From Nitrososphaeria archaeon (GTDB taxonomy: Archaea > Thermoproteota > Nitrososphaeria > Geothermarchaeales > JDFR-13), in contig JALWXN010000004.1 of assembly GCA_027078545.1 (NCBI GenBank), positions 448,001-512,000 on the forward strand: 64,000 bases of DNA. Direction: 5' to 3'. Of the stretch, positions 1 to 10,569 are shown piece by piece. Both the position numbers and the translations under genes were made by a program. The notes beneath the pieces were generated by a model. That model saw only the letters and a program-made list of their open reading frames with translations. It was not told the origin of the DNA and made no database searches. Position 1 is the first letter of the stretch. Each line of letters opens with the position of its first letter.

Positions 1-2
1 GT

Positions 3-821
3 GTGAAGGCTGCATACTTCCCGTTCTGGACCTGGCTACCAGATGCCCATCCCGCAGCTCCGAGCCCCATATCCGCCCTCCTATCAGGCATAGTTATCAA
101 GGCTGGTATAGTGGGTCTCGCCAAGTTCGCCCTCCCCTTCATAGACCTGCTCGACGATGTCTTCTACCCAGCCCTAGTCATAGTCACTGTTGTTACTATA
201 ACTCTGGCCAATCTAATGGCACTTATGCAGAGTGATGTGAAGCGTCTATTGGCTTATAGTAGCATAGCCAACATTGGCTTCGTATTGATAGGCTATGTCT
301 CCGCCCTCTACGGAGCTGGTGTAGTGGGGCTGGCCGCAGCCTTCTCCCACGTCTTGAGCCACGCCCTGGGGAAGGGCCTGGCATTCCTGGCTGTGGGCGG
401 CATACTCTATGTGCTCCACTCTAGGGCGATAGTGGATCTGGAGGGGTTTGGGAAGAGGTATCCGGGCCTCTCGATAGCCCTCATGATCGCCCTACTAAGC
501 CTGAGTGGCCTACCGCCCCTCCCAGGCTTCTGGAGTAAGTGGCTCCTAATACTCTCCGCCTGGGAGGCTGGTGAGTACCTAATCGCCGGTGTAGGTGTGT
601 TCAACAGTGTTTTGGCGGCTATCTACTATCTATGGCTCTTCCAGAGGATATTCTTCTCCGAGCCGCGTGTGGAGAGCCGTGTAGAGGTGCCTGGCTACCT
701 ATTGACCTCCCTAACTATCCTGATCTTCATAATGGTGGCTATCGGGGTATATCCAGAGCTGATGTATAGCTATGCCTTCGAGGCTGCAAGGGCGTTGGCA
801 CCCCTCCTAGCAACGCCTTAA
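3..821 (+). CDS. Proton-translocating antiporter-like membrane subunit (NuoN/MrpD/MbhH family), 5'-truncated by window edge
   Basis: WLPDAHPAAPSPISALLSG, DVKRLLAYSSIAN and GLPPLPGFWSKW motifs; highly hydrophobic. Confidence 0.9.
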   Translation: MKAAYFPFWTWLPDAHPAAPSPISALLSGIVIKAGIVGLAKFALPFIDLLDDVFYPALVIVTVVTITLANLMALMQSDVKRLLAYSSIANIGFVLIGYVSALYGAGVVGLAAAFSHVLSHALGKGLAFLAVGGILYVLHSRAIVDLEGFGKRYPGLSIALMIALLSLSGLPPLPGFWSKWLLILSAWEAGEYLIAGVGVFNSVLAAIYYLWLFQRIFFSEPRVESRVEVPGYLLTSLTILIFIMVAIGVYPELMYSYAFEAARALAPLLATP

Positions 822-855
822 ATCCTCTCCACAACATTTTTTCCCTGGGGATCTG

Positions 856-1716
856 ATGCTGTGGAGTGGTGAGGCTAGGCACTACCTCCTCAACCAGGAG
901 GCTGGCTATGGAGTTCTCCAGGCGGTTGTGGAGAGCCTTGTGAATAGGTGTCTGGGGGAGAGGCTCTCAGAACCTATAGTTGTGACCCACTCTATAGAGG
1001 AGCCCATAAAAATCCTCGGCTTCTACAGCCCCGGGGTATATGGAGCCAATACATATAGACGCTTCACCGGTGGCCGGGAGTACCTGGGTGACGACCTCCT
1101 ATATATTGGGATACTACTCCCCGGGGGCATCGGCCTGAGAGAGGTTTACTCCCGCTTGGTGGAGATGCTCATGGATCTTGGGCTTAGGCCTGGTAAGGGC
1201 TGGATAGAGGGTGGAGGTGTCTATGGAGCCACCAGGTTTGGGGATGTGGGGCTGGCTGAGATCCTGGTGCCCAGGGGTATGGATATAGGGGGGCAGGTGC
1301 TGGATCTATTCACCCGTGTCTCGAGGCATGTCTATAGTGTGAGGGGGCTCGAGAAGTATAGGGGGTTGCAGTATAGGTCCCGGTCCTGGGTCGGGTACTC
1401 GGCTGGCGAGGGGGATATTGAGGAGGTTATAGGTGATAGGGAGGGGTTCTGGATGAGGCTTGTCCTCTATATGCATGAGATATATATTAGGGAGGCGAGG
1501 GTGGAGGGCTCCTTCTACGCGGCTCCCCCAGCAGCTCCATACAACATCATGGCCTTCCTGAGGGGTGCACATGTGGATGAGCTCATCTTCTACCAGGCCG
1601 AGCTCTCCTGGAGGAAGATGGAGTTCCTAGGCCTGGATATGGAGGAGGTGGTAGGCCTCCTTAGGAGGGCATATATATCCGCCGAGAAGTATATATCGAG
1701 TGTGGAGGAGGGTTAG
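856..1716 (+). CDS. Divergent lipoate-protein ligase A-like protein
   Basis: RRFTGG motif (LplA RRxTGG) and C-terminal IREARVEGSFY (cf. I..a.i.GDFF); otherwise divergent. Confidence 0.5.
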   Translation: MLWSGEARHYLLNQEAGYGVLQAVVESLVNRCLGERLSEPIVVTHSIEEPIKILGFYSPGVYGANTYRRFTGGREYLGDDLLYIGILLPGGIGLREVYSRLVEMLMDLGLRPGKGWIEGGGVYGATRFGDVGLAEILVPRGMDIGGQVLDLFTRVSRHVYSVRGLEKYRGLQYRSRSWVGYSAGEGDIEEVIGDREGFWMRLVLYMHEIYIREARVEGSFYAAPPAAPYNIMAFLRGAHVDELIFYQAELSWRKMEFLGLDMEEVVGLLRRAYISAEKYISSVEEG

Positions 1717-1756
1717 AGGGGTTTTATCACGGTAGTGGCTGGAAAATCCTTTTGGT

Positions 1757-2041
1757 ATGAGGGTGAAGGCGGTCTTCATACAGGAGTTTTATAGGGAGAT
1801 GGGTGGCCACTCAATGGATCTCGAGGTGCCTGACGGGATAACTGTCAGGGAGTTGATAGACTATATAGATAGGAGGGTGAAGCCCGGCTTCAAGGAGATG
1901 TTGATGGAGGGGGATAGCCTTAGATACCCCGTGGAGATAGCGGTGAATGGGAGGAGGATCGACTTCCTAGACGGGCTAGACACTGTTTTGAAGGATGGTG
2001 ATAGAGTGCTTTTTTCGCCGAGGGCTCTATTCGTATTATAG
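1757..2041 (+). CDS. MoaD/ThiS/SAMP beta-grasp protein lacking the C-terminal GG
   Basis: IAVNGRRIDFLDGLDTVLKDGDRV motif; ends FSPRALFVL. Confidence 0.8.
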   Translation: MRVKAVFIQEFYREMGGHSMDLEVPDGITVRELIDYIDRRVKPGFKEMLMEGDSLRYPVEIAVNGRRIDFLDGLDTVLKDGDRVLFSPRALFVL

Positions 2042-2050
2042 TGGATAGCG

Positions 2051-2335
2051 ATGCCCGTGGTCCGGGTGAAGACCCTAGGAAGCCTCTATACCCTGCTCGG
2101 TAGGATGGAGCATGAGGTGGAGGTTGGGGACGGGGCTGATGTATGGGCTGTGCTGGGGAAGCTTATGGAGATGTATCCAGTCCTTAGGAGGGAGATCCTA
2201 GACGAGGAGGGTAGGCTACGTGAGGATCACAGGGTACTCCTCAATGGGAGGGACATCACACACCTCAACGGTGTAAAAAGTAGGGTGGTGGATGGGGATC
2301 GTATCGCGATCATCCCGCCCGTTGGCGGCGGCTAG
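2051..2335 (+). CDS. moaD: MoaD/SAMP ubiquitin-like sulfur carrier
   Basis: VLLNGRDI...DGDRIAIIPPVGGG C-terminus. Confidence 0.9.
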   Translation: MPVVRVKTLGSLYTLLGRMEHEVEVGDGADVWAVLGKLMEMYPVLRREILDEEGRLREDHRVLLNGRDITHLNGVKSRVVDGDRIAIIPPVGGG

Positions 2336-4203
2336 GCGACGATACCCTTGAACTCATCTAGGCCCAGCCTCTCCAAGGTCTCTGGGAGTGGCTTCCCATC
2401 TACCCAGCCCCTGAGCCTATAGTACTCTGGTAGGTACTTCTCCAAGGCCTCCTTCGCCGTCTTACCCTTGGCTGGTCCGTCGGGCAGCGGCTCCTCCATC
2501 AGCCTCTTGGGTAGGCCGTCCCTATAGTTTATACCCTCCCTCACAGCGAATAGCCTCTCAGTATTGTATATCCTCTCACCGGTGATGAGCATCTCCTCTA
2601 CCGTGTAGTCCTCCCAGCCAGTGGCTGCCTTCATGACGCCTAGATAGTCCTCCGGCCCTGTGGAGAAGGTGTTGAACTTACATACAATCATGGAGTCGAT
2701 GTAGGCGAAGTAGTCCTGCTGGAGCTTGACGTACTCCACCTTCTTCATGTCTATGGAGAGTGGGTCGAACTTCTCGGGGACTCCTAGGACGTCGAAGCTC
2801 ACCGCGTATGCCCTTAGGTGGCAGCCTCCCCTGTTGCTGGTGGCGTATGCTAGGGCCATACTGTTTATACCCCTCGGGTCGTAGGCCGGCATCTCCATAC
2901 CCCTTACATGTACAGCTATGTCCGGGGCTCCGAAGTACTCCGCCAGCCTCTTGGCCCCCTCGGCAACGTAGTCGCCTATCCTGTTCCTATAGGCGGCCAT
3001 CCATATCAGGTTTAGGAGTGCCTCCTCATTACCCCATACCGGGTTGACGTCTCCCGCCAGCTCGATGAGCTCCTTCGCCTTATCCTCGGGGAGCTCACCC
3101 TTCTGGGCCTTCTCATAAAGCTCCATCAGGGTTGCAACGGTGGCGCCGAAGCTTATTGTGTCGAAGCCCATGTCGTTCATGAGGTAGTTGGCCTTTATCA
3201 GGGACTCCAGGTTGCCTATCATTGTGTCGGCGCCGCTGGCCCATATCGTCTCGTACTCGGGCCCCTCGCTGAGTGGTGTCCTGTAGGGACCCTCCTCCAC
3301 CTCGGAGACCCTGCTACACTGTATGGCGCATCCCCAGCAGCCCTTCCTAGCCTTCAGGTATACCTCTGCCAGCCTCTCACCACTGATGTCTGGGGCCTTC
3401 TCGAAGGTTCCTCTCTGCCAGTTCTTCGTCGGTAGGGCTCCATGCTCATTTATTATATTGACTAGGACGGAGGTCCCGAACTGATAGAGGCTCTGGCTGA
3501 TCGGGTGGTCCATAATCTTCTTGATCAGGGTCTTGGCCTCCTCGAAGAACCTCTTCTTGTCGTATAGCTCATTTGTCGGCTTCCTCTTCCCATATGCCCA
3601 TATAGCCTTTACACCCTTGGAGGCTATGACGGAGGCCAGGCCCGCGCGCCCGGCTGCCCTATACTTGTCGTTCATGACCGCGGCTATCCTACTCAGGTTC
3701 TCGGCGGCCGGGCCTACTGACAATATGCTGCCGACACTCTCATCGGTTATCCCTACCTCCTCCCTGATAACCTTCTCGGTGTGGAATACCCCCTTCCCCC
3801 AGAGCTTCTTCGCGTCGTGGAACTCCACCTCCCCGTCGACTATGCTTATCCATACGGGCTCGTCCGACTTCCCCTCTAGGACGACTCCGTCATAGCCCGC
3901 GAATCTGAGCCAGGGGCCGAACTGGCCTCCGCTGTTGGCGTCTCCAAGGATCCCGGTCAGGGGGCTCTTGGCGACTACGTGGTACCTACCGCTCTCTATA
4001 GATGCTGTCCCAACTATTGGGCCGGTGAGTATGTAGACCTTGTTCTCCGGGCCGAAGGGGTCTGCCCCCTTCGGTATCTCCTTGAGGGCTAGATATGCTC
4101 CGAGCCCCCTGCCGCCTATGAACTTCCTGATCACGCCGCCGTTGAGGACGTCGACCCTGGTCTTCATACTGCTTAGGTCTATCCTGAGGAGTTTGAACTC
4201 CAT
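2332..4203 (-). CDS. aor: Tungsten-containing aldehyde:ferredoxin oxidoreductase
   Basis: GGRGLG, KSPLTG, NSGG, AAGRAG, CWGCAIQC, EGPEYET, YDPRG and RGGCHL motifs. Confidence 0.95.
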   Translation of the reverse strand: MEFKLLRIDLSSMKTRVDVLNGGVIRKFIGGRGLGAYLALKEIPKGADPFGPENKVYILTGPIVGTASIESGRYHVVAKSPLTGILGDANSGGQFGPWLRFAGYDGVVLEGKSDEPVWISIVDGEVEFHDAKKLWGKGVFHTEKVIREEVGITDESVGSILSVGPAAENLSRIAAVMNDKYRAAGRAGLASVIASKGVKAIWAYGKRKPTNELYDKKRFFEEAKTLIKKIMDHPISQSLYQFGTSVLVNIINEHGALPTKNWQRGTFEKAPDISGERLAEVYLKARKGCWGCAIQCSRVSEVEEGPYRTPLSEGPEYETIWASGADTMIGNLESLIKANYLMNDMGFDTISFGATVATLMELYEKAQKGELPEDKAKELIELAGDVNPVWGNEEALLNLIWMAAYRNRIGDYVAEGAKRLAEYFGAPDIAVHVRGMEMPAYDPRGINSMALAYATSNRGGCHLRAYAVSFDVLGVPEKFDPLSIDMKKVEYVKLQQDYFAYIDSMIVCKFNTFSTGPEDYLGVMKAATGWEDYTVEEMLITGERIYNTERLFAVREGINYRDGLPKRLMEEPLPDGPAKGKTAKEALEKYLPEYYRLRGWVDGKPLPETLERLGLDEFKGIVA

Positions 4204-4367
4204 GGTACCACCCTTGAACTAATATCACTAGTAAATATCCCCAGTTGGAGATTTAAAGGGGTTTATGCCTAAGCATCATCTTAGGTGATATCCCCCACGC
4301 TATTCAACGGGGCCCAGCTAGAATAGACCCTGGAATAAATAGGCTACCCCCCTTAACTATTCTGGGG

Positions 4368-5123
4368 ATGGGGATGGAGTTCCGGATCGAGCTGGAGCTT
4401 GAGAAGGGGCTTGAGAATGTCTACCTAGTGGCTGGGCTACCCGGTATGGGGCTCTCAGGTAAGCAGGCTGTGGACCACCTGATAAAGGTGCTCGACGTTG
4501 AGAAGGTGAGCCGTATAGAGACCCCCTTCCTCAACCCTCCAGGGATAACCACTGTGAACGGTGTCGTGGAGGATATGCTTACAGAGGTCTTCAACTTCTT
4601 CCATGCGGAGAAGGATGGTAAGAACCTTATAATCTTTACCGGTGAGGTCCAGCCCATGAGCCCTGAGTGGCAGCACATAATGTCTAGGGCCGTGGTTGAG
4701 AGTGTTAAGGAGTTTGATGTGAAGGCTGTCTTCACCCTTGCAGCCACGCCTATAGAGAGCTATAAGTATGATGTCGATGTCTATGGTGTGGCCACCTCTA
4801 AACAGTTCCTCAGTGAGCTGGTGACGTATGGCGTTGTCCCTATGGCTGGGCAGGGCGCTATAAGTGGGATGAACGGCCTGATAATAGGCTATGCGAAGAT
4901 GTATGGGTTGAGGGGGGCCTCGCTACTGGCAGAGACCTATCTAAAGTCTGCCCAGGACTTTATAGCGCCCTATGCACTCCTTAGGATGCTCTCCAAGATC
5001 CTCAAGATAGATGTTGATCTGAAGGAGCTGGAGGAGAGGAGGCAGATGTTCCACCAGGAGTATCTGAGGCATCTACGCGAGGCGGAGAGGGAGGATAAGT
5101 CTGGGCTCGGCTACATATCCTAG
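4368..5123 (+). CDS. PAC2-family proteasome assembly chaperone
   Basis: GLPGMGLSGK N-terminus, ISGMNGLIIG, LLAET, C-terminal LGYIS. Confidence 0.85.
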   Translation: MGMEFRIELELEKGLENVYLVAGLPGMGLSGKQAVDHLIKVLDVEKVSRIETPFLNPPGITTVNGVVEDMLTEVFNFFHAEKDGKNLIIFTGEVQPMSPEWQHIMSRAVVESVKEFDVKAVFTLAATPIESYKYDVDVYGVATSKQFLSELVTYGVVPMAGQGAISGMNGLIIGYAKMYGLRGASLLAETYLKSAQDFIAPYALLRMLSKILKIDVDLKELEERRQMFHQEYLRHLREAEREDKSGLGYIS

Positions 5124-5127
5124 TTGG

Positions 5128-6075
5128 GTGGGCCCCATGCTGAGGGTAGGTGTACATACCTCGATATCGGGTGGTATTGATAAGAGTGTCGACCGTGCCT
5201 ATGAGCTTGGATGCACAGCTTTCCAGATCTTCACCAGGAATCCACGTGGATGGAAGGGTGCCCAGCTGAGGCCTGAGGAGGTCGCCCTCTACAGGGCTAA
5301 GGTTGAGAGGTATGGCTTCCTAGGATATAACGTGGCCCACATGCCCTACCTACCAAACCTCTCCTCACCTGACGAGGGGATCTACAGTAGGAGCCTAGAC
5401 GTGCTGATAGAGGAGGTTAGGCGGTGTGGGGAGCTGGGTATACCATACCTAGTCATCCACCTTGGTAGCCATATGGGGAAGGGGTTTGAGAAGGGTCTGG
5501 AGAAGCTTGTAGCCGCTGTCGAGACCGGGGTTACTAAGGTTCGCAACAGGGTGATGATCCTCCTGGAGAACATGGCTGGACAGAGGAATAACATGGGGAG
5601 CCTATTCGAGGATCTAGGCAGGCTCTACGAGAGGGTCTCCCACCTAGGAGACAGGGTAGGGATATGCTTCGACACTGCCCACGCGTTCTCCGCGGGCTAT
5701 GACCTATCAACCCCGGAGGGTGTGGATAAGGCTTTTGAGGAGTTCGACTCCCTAGTGGGTTGGAAGAATGTCTATGTGATACATCTCAACGATAGTAAGC
5801 ATCCCGTTGGGAGTGGGAGGGATCATCATGAGCATATAGGGCTGGGATACATTGGTGAGGAGGGATTCAGGGCTATCCTCTCGAAGCCCTATATAAGGTC
5901 GAAGCCCCTCATCCTCGAGACGCCTGTCGACGAGGTTAGGGGTGATGTGGGTAATATAGCTACTGTCTGGAGACTGGCTGGTGAGGAGCCTCCAAGGGAG
6001 ATTATCGAGAGATGGGTTAAGTATACTGAGAAGGATGTGGTCGATAGAAAAATAGTGGAGGAGTGGATCAGATAG
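5128..6075 (+). CDS. nfo: Endonuclease IV (likely start ATG 5137)
   Basis: HMPYLPNL, HLGSH, LENMAG, CFDTAH, HLNDSK, DHHEHIG, ILETP. Confidence 0.95.
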   Translation: MGPMLRVGVHTSISGGIDKSVDRAYELGCTAFQIFTRNPRGWKGAQLRPEEVALYRAKVERYGFLGYNVAHMPYLPNLSSPDEGIYSRSLDVLIEEVRRCGELGIPYLVIHLGSHMGKGFEKGLEKLVAAVETGVTKVRNRVMILLENMAGQRNNMGSLFEDLGRLYERVSHLGDRVGICFDTAHAFSAGYDLSTPEGVDKAFEEFDSLVGWKNVYVIHLNDSKHPVGSGRDHHEHIGLGYIGEEGFRAILSKPYIRSKPLILETPVDEVRGDVGNIATVWRLAGEEPPREIIERWVKYTEKDVVDRKIVEEWIR

Positions 6076-6408
<333 letters not shown>

Positions 6409-6480
6409 CTAGTTTCGCCCATAGGTTATATAAATAACTCTCTATATGGCTCTGGCCGTATGTAGTGTCCTATCCCTGGG

Positions 6481-6933
6481 CTATGGCACTACTTCGGGGG
6501 TTATGAACCACTCTATCCTCCATCCCCCCTCACTCTTCACCATCTTGGCTACCCCGGAGTATCTGAACCTGATTGGTGGCTCCTCCGTGCCGAGTAGGGC
6601 GGCGACAAGTCTTTCTAGGAAGGGGAGGTGGCCAACGATCATTAATGACCCCTCCTCCCTGTTCAGCCTCTCTGCCCAGGGCTTGGGGTCGTCCCTGGGG
6701 TTTAGCCCCTCGGCCTTCTCAACAGGTGATTCTAGATATTTAGCTAGTATCTCTGCGGTCTCCCTCGCCCTGGTCTTCCCACTATGGAGTATCTTCCCCG
6801 GCTTGGCTCCTATGGAGTAGAGGTATCTAGCGATCCTCTCTGTCTCCATCCTCCCCCTGTCGGTGAGCCTCCTCTCCGGGTCTAGGTCCTCTGGGTATGC
6901 CTCTCCATGCTGGACTAGGTATAGCTCCATCAC
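6481..6933 (-). CDS. sixA: Phosphohistidine phosphatase SixA
   Basis: LYLVQHGEA, RARETAEI, VGHLP motifs. Confidence 0.9.
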   Translation of the reverse strand: MMELYLVQHGEAYPEDLDPERRLTDRGRMETERIARYLYSIGAKPGKILHSGKTRARETAEILAKYLESPVEKAEGLNPRDDPKPWAERLNREEGSLMIVGHLPFLERLVAALLGTEEPPIRFRYSGVAKMVKSEGGWRIEWFITPEVVP

Positions 6934-7433
6934 TCCTCACCCAGTATATTACTGATCTTCTCCACGGCCTCTTCAAAGTTTCTGATGTCTCTCCCATACA
7001 TTAGGAAGTTTACCTCGCCAATCCTCCTCCTGATCTCCTCTATGTGGATATCCCTATCGTCTATGTATATGATCCTCTCTGGGGTTATCTCTACGCCCTG
7101 TCTCCCGAGGGTTTGGAGTAGCTTCTCGAGCATCAGGTCTTTACGCGGGGTGTCCTCGGCGGTTATGTAGTGGAATAGCCTGTCTATCCCGAAGGCTCTT
7201 AGAACCTCTACTGCCCTCTCTAGCCTGTTCCAGGATAGTGTGCTTGTGATGGCGCCTCTCCCTAGGGCCCACTCGACTAGGCGTACCATGTCCTGGTTAA
7301 GCCTTATCTCGACGCCATCTGCATCGACCACTATGCCTGGGCCTGTCCTCCTGAAGGGTGGTCTCAGGCTTGATATGTCGTGGTGGTCCCACATAGTCCT
7401 GTCGAGATCCATTAGGAGTAGCCATCTCCTCAT
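6930..7433 (-). CDS. Magnesium-dependent phosphatase-1 (HAD IIIC)
   Basis: DLDRTMW, SWN, YIDDR motifs. Confidence 0.85.
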   Translation of the reverse strand: MRRWLLLMDLDRTMWDHHDISSLRPPFRRTGPGIVVDADGVEIRLNQDMVRLVEWALGRGAITSTLSWNRLERAVEVLRAFGIDRLFHYITAEDTPRKDLMLEKLLQTLGRQGVEITPERIIYIDDRDIHIEEIRRRIGEVNFLMYGRDIRNFEEAVEKISNILGEE

Positions 7434-8173
7434 TCCCTTATCCTCCTATAGTAGAGTATGCTGCTTACTAGTAGGAATACTGTGGAGAATATGGTTAGGC
7501 TCACTATCTTCATGGGGTCTAGTACGCCCTGCTGGAGCACCTCCCTCATGAGGTCTGCACCGTGGCTGACGGGGTTGTAGAGGGCTAGTAGGTATATGGG
7601 TGTAGGGAGGTTTTTCAGGACGTCTATGGGGTAGAAGACGGTGCTGCTGAACATTAGTACGAAGTACATCAGCCCCCTTATCGATATATATGCGTCGAAG
7701 TTCCTCACAACTGTTGCTAGGAATATTGCCAGTGCGCTTATCCCCATCCCGAGCATGAATAGGACTGGTGGTATGTAGATGAGGAGCTCCGGCCTGGGCG
7801 TCGGGCTAAGGGCTATGGCTAGGCCTAGCATGGGGGCTGCGTAGATGAGGCCTCTTATCCCCCCAGCCAGGGGCCTCCCAATTATGATCTCCCACTCCTT
7901 GACTGGTAGGCTTAGTAGGTAGTGGTGGAGCATTCTCCTGATCTCCGCGGAGACCTCCCTGCCTATGGTGAATGCTGAGGCGAATAGGGCTAGTATGGCT
8001 ATCCCTGGTAGGACGAACTTGAAGTACTCGAGCCTCGTGACCATCCGGGAGAATACTATTGCGAGTATGAATAGGTCGGCTAGGTTCATGCTTATGAGGC
8101 CGGCCATCCACCAGCGGTACTTGAAGAAGTTCCTCACGTCCCTCTCGACTATTAGGTGGAGCTTCGTGTTCAT
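7430..8173 (-). CDS. ABC-2 type exporter permease
   Basis: Hydrophobic; FSSTVFYP and YNPVSHG; ATG at 8173 overlaps upstream stop (ATGA). Confidence 0.85.
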   Translation of the reverse strand: MNTKLHLIVERDVRNFFKYRWWMAGLISMNLADLFILAIVFSRMVTRLEYFKFVLPGIAILALFASAFTIGREVSAEIRRMLHHYLLSLPVKEWEIIIGRPLAGGIRGLIYAAPMLGLAIALSPTPRPELLIYIPPVLFMLGMGISALAIFLATVVRNFDAYISIRGLMYFVLMFSSTVFYPIDVLKNLPTPIYLLALYNPVSHGADLMREVLQQGVLDPMKIVSLTIFSTVFLLVSSILYYRRIRE

Positions 8174-8928
8174 GATGTCCAGCCCCCACCCTCCATCCTC
8201 TTCTCGTAGAGGTATATCCCTATGCTGGTCATGGAGACCATGAAGGCTAGGAGCATGACCATGGAGAAGGTTGGGTCTCCCTCGTATGGTAGGCCGAGTG
8301 CCCATCTAAACACTTCTGATGCGTGGGTCAACGGGTTTACCGCGGCTGCTGCTGAGTAGGCCTCGGGCATGAATTCGCGGGGGTAGAACACTGTGCTGAG
8401 CCGTATGACGAAGGCGTCTAGCGCTCCTAGGAGTATGTCTGTCTTCGCCCCGCTCTTCAGTAGGCTGACTATGGTTATGGCTAGGCCTGCCACTCCGAAG
8501 GATAGTAGTGCCAATCCTGCTACTGCGCTTATCAATGTATAGGGGTTCCTCACCCCTACGTAGAGGAGGGTTATGACTAGTGGGGGTGCAGTTGCTGCTA
8601 GGCTCCTCAGCCCCCCTCCTATAGCTCTCCCGATTATCAGTATGTTCCTATTTATGGGGAGGCTTAGTAGGTAGTCCACCACGCCGTGCTCGGCCTCCTC
8701 TGATATGTCTACCGCCACGAACATCGCTGCTGAGTATAGTGTCGCCACGTATATCCCGGCTGCGTAGTAGTTTATATAGCCCTCGAGGACGACTAGCTGG
8801 GAGATCGCTAGGCCGAATATCGCTATCTGTATCCCGAACCATAGCCAGCGTATGATGAGGAATAGTCTATACTCTATCAGGAGGCGGAAGTCCCTCTCCA
8901 CAACTAGGAGTAGGTGGCGCAGGATCAC
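8170..8928 (-). CDS. ABC-2 type exporter permease
   Basis: LSTVFYP and VNPLTHA; paralogous to the neighbouring permease. Confidence 0.85.
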   Translation of the reverse strand: MILRHLLLVVERDFRLLIEYRLFLIIRWLWFGIQIAIFGLAISQLVVLEGYINYYAAGIYVATLYSAAMFVAVDISEEAEHGVVDYLLSLPINRNILIIGRAIGGGLRSLAATAPPLVITLLYVGVRNPYTLISAVAGLALLSFGVAGLAITIVSLLKSGAKTDILLGALDAFVIRLSTVFYPREFMPEAYSAAAAVNPLTHASEVFRWALGLPYEGDPTFSMVMLLAFMVSMTSIGIYLYEKRMEGGGWTS

Positions 8929-9884
8929 TCCTCCTTCACCAGCTTCACGCCCGTATAGTGTAGGAAGACGTCGTCTAGGGTCGGCTCCCTCATATCGACC
9001 CTCTTGACCCTGTATCCGCTCTCCATGAGCATTGCCAGTATACGTGGCAGGACCTCCTCCACCCTGTTTAGATACATCCTTATCCTCTGGTTCATACGTC
9101 TAACCTCGACTATCTCCGGCTCCGCCTCTATCCTCCTGATTATCTCGTTGCTGGGGGGCCTGTCGAGATCTATCTCTAGGACGTCTCCACCGGGTATCGT
9201 GTCCTTGAGCTCCTGTGGCGTCCCGAGGGCGGCTATCCTCCCCCTATATATGATTCCAACCCTGTCTGAGAGGACGTCCGCCTCGTATAGCTCGTTCGTC
9301 GCCAGGATTATGGTTGATCCCTCGTCCCTCAGCTCCTTTATCATCTCCCATATCATGTGCTTGCCAGAGACGTCTATCTGGGCGGTGGGCTCGTCGAAGA
9401 TCGCTAGTCTGGGCCTCTGGATGAAGACCTTGGCTATCTCAACTCTCTTCCTCATCCCCCCGCTTAGCTCGAAGGCCCTCTTCCTCCTGGCCTCCCACAT
9501 GTCGAACCTGGTGAGGACCTCCTTCACAACGTTCCTAGCCTCGCTGCTTGAGTATCCACATACCCTTGCGTGCCAGTATAGGATCTCGTAGGGTGTGTGT
9601 ACCCAGTAGAGCTTTGGGTCTTGGAAGGCTATCCCGACCATCTGCCTTACACGGTCGGGATCCTTTCTTATATCGACTCCATATACATAGGCTGTGCCCT
9701 CGCTCGGCCTTAGGACGGTGGTTATCATGAGGAGTGTCGTCGACTTCCCAGCCCCGTTGGGGCCTAGGAAGCCGAATATCTCCCTATCATATATCTCTAG
9801 GTTTAGATGATCCACAGCTAGGAACTTACCATAATACTTTGTCAGGTTGACCAGTTTTACGGCTACACCCCCATTTATGCTCAT
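8925..9884 (-). CDS. ABC exporter ATP-binding protein (DrrA-like)
   Basis: GPNGAGKST, LSGGM, DEPT, EPTLDDVF. Confidence 0.92.
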   Translation of the reverse strand: MSINGGVAVKLVNLTKYYGKFLAVDHLNLEIYDREIFGFLGPNGAGKSTTLLMITTVLRPSEGTAYVYGVDIRKDPDRVRQMVGIAFQDPKLYWVHTPYEILYWHARVCGYSSSEARNVVKEVLTRFDMWEARRKRAFELSGGMRKRVEIAKVFIQRPRLAIFDEPTAQIDVSGKHMIWEMIKELRDEGSTIILATNELYEADVLSDRVGIIYRGRIAALGTPQELKDTIPGGDVLEIDLDRPPSNEIIRRIEAEPEIVEVRRMNQRIRMYLNRVEEVLPRILAMLMESGYRVKRVDMREPTLDDVFLHYTGVKLVKEE

Positions 9885-9944
9885 CCCTACCCGCCAAAGA
9901 AAATTGATGGGGGGTGGTGTAACTATATATAGTTCTCCCCATCA

Positions 9945-10460
9945 CTAGGTCAGCTCCCCCTTCACTGGGACGGGGTTGGATACGCAGTATACTCCGGGGC
10001 ATCTATACATGGCCTCGTCCAGTATCTCCTGGAGGACCTCCCTGGGGGCGCCCTCCGCCTCAACCTTGATCGTCACGCCTTCCGAGATCGGGTCGTCACC
10101 TAGGCCTAGTGGCCTACGCAGGTTTATCCTCGACTCGGCCCTTATCCGTAGCTTGGTCAGCCTGACACCCTTCTCCACGGCTATGCCTACATAGGTCTGG
10201 GCGAAGCATGCTATTAGGCCTGATAGGCAGTACTGTACCGGGTCTGGAGCGAGGCCTGACCCACCCATCTTTGTTGGGCTGTCCGCTATGAGTGTGGTCT
10301 CCCCCTTCTCATACTTGGCGTAGATCCTGAACTGTGGCTCGCCATCCCTGAATATCCACTCACCCTCCACCGCCTTGGTAACCCTCGGGTCGGCGGCGCC
10401 GCTCCCTATCTCCTCCACCAGCTTCTTGACGGCCTCTACATCCACGTTGTTGAGCCTCAT
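9945..10460 (-). CDS. OsmC/Ohr-like protein
   Basis: GGSGLAPDPVQY...LIAC and RCP motifs. Confidence 0.85.
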   Translation of the reverse strand: MRLNNVDVEAVKKLVEEIGSGAADPRVTKAVEGEWIFRDGEPQFRIYAKYEKGETTLIADSPTKMGGSGLAPDPVQYCLSGLIACFAQTYVGIAVEKGVRLTKLRIRAESRINLRRPLGLGDDPISEGVTIKVEAEGAPREVLQEILDEAMYRCPGVYCVSNPVPVKGELT

Positions 10461-10569
10461 GTTCTGATAAGGGATGCATGTAGATTCTAAACTAGGTATA
10501 TATCTACCCCCCGAGCTATAGGGCTATGGATAGGTGGGTAGTCTGTATAGTCCCGGGTGATCGATAGTT

